Part shown: positions 63,595-64,000 of the stretch, one piece after another | How the letters are laid out: every line of letters starts with the position of its first letter | How positions within the stretch are numbered: position 1 is the stretch's first letter | IMG/VR virus record: IMGVR_UViG_2724679073_000003 | DNA length: 64,000 nt | Strand: one strand, 5' to 3' | From: a virus | Taxonomy: Duplodnaviria > Heunggongvirae > Uroviricota > Caudoviricetes | Made by a program: the position numbers and the translations under genes | The notes under the pieces: generated by a model | What the model was told of the DNA's origin: nothing | Databases searched by the model: none | Seen by the model: only the letters and a program-made list of their open reading frames with translations

Positions 63595-64000
63595 TTATTG
63601 CGCGCTTTCGGGGTTGTCGTTTACTGGCTGCCCCTTCTTGGTTTTACGGCTGCGCGTAACTGATGCGGCTGATTTGACCTTTTTCTCTTCGCGAGTGATG
63701 GCAATTTGTTTTTTTACATTTTCAATATCTGCCAGGCGATATATTTTTGCTTGCGGCCAGCGGTCGCAGATGATCGGTTCTATGGAGTCATAAAGGCTAA
63801 ATTTTGCTTTTTCGAATTCACCGTTGATGATAATTCCATCACGGAGAGTTTCATCGCAGATAAACACGCCACACAGCGGCACATGGTAACTAACTGATTT
63901 ACCGTTATTGTAGTTAGGACTACTGGAGATGTAGTGAACGCGCAGCATTGTTTCGCTAAAGCCGTGTACGCGCATACGGAATTTTTCATCCTCCGGGTAC
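63595..64000 (-). CDS. c1: C1 repressor, C-terminal part (gene continues past window end)
   Basis: Reading frame stays open to position 64000 (...YPEDEKFRMRVHGFSETML...); ends ...NDNPESAQ, matching recalled P1 C1 C-terminus. Confidence 0.7.
   Translation of the reverse strand, partial: YPEDEKFRMRVHGFSETMLRVHYISSSPNYNNGKSVSYHVPLCGVFICDETLRDGIIINGEFEKAKFSLYDSIEPIICDRWPQAKIYRLADIENVKKQIAITREEKKVKSAASVTRSRKTKKGQPVNDNPESAQ

Overview
This window reads as about 64 kb of a P1-family phage-plasmid (a temperate myovirus that is maintained as a plasmid) from Enterobacteriaceae. All calls are made by eye from the sequence and the ORF track; no searches were run. Gene order is P1-like: a partial tail-fibre gene with 300-bp tandem repeats, baseplate genes and a Sit-like injection transglycosylase (minus strand, 1-10.2 kb); two secreted Sim-like proteins; a c4-icd-ant immunity module followed by kilA-repL; a minus-strand virion gene block (16.6-21.9 kb); the plasmid maintenance module parS-parB-parA / incA iterons / repA / incC-oriR (22.0-26.8 kb); a spanin-like pair, RdgC homologue and fused Dcm-Dam methyltransferase; a tRNA island (Asn, Tyr, Thr, CAT) with a TerB-like gene; DnaB-family helicase (ban); a second virion block; an accessory block including a Ser/Thr phosphatase and Ead/Ea22-like paralogues; hot, LexA-boxed humD, phd-doc, lpa, pacA (with pac site) and pacB; and finally a second icd-ant-like module abutting the 3' end of c1. 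A 17-bp C1-operator-like motif (ATTGCTCTAATAAATTT) recurs at about ten sites. No integrase, attachment site, CRISPR array, rRNA or IS element was seen. The best candidates for something undescribed are a T5orf172-domain gene inserted between the incA iterons and parA, the duplicated immunity/antirepressor module next to c1, and a motif shared between the Sim-like secreted protein and Sit. Two runs of N (419-511, 7713-7848) sit inside repeat-containing genes.
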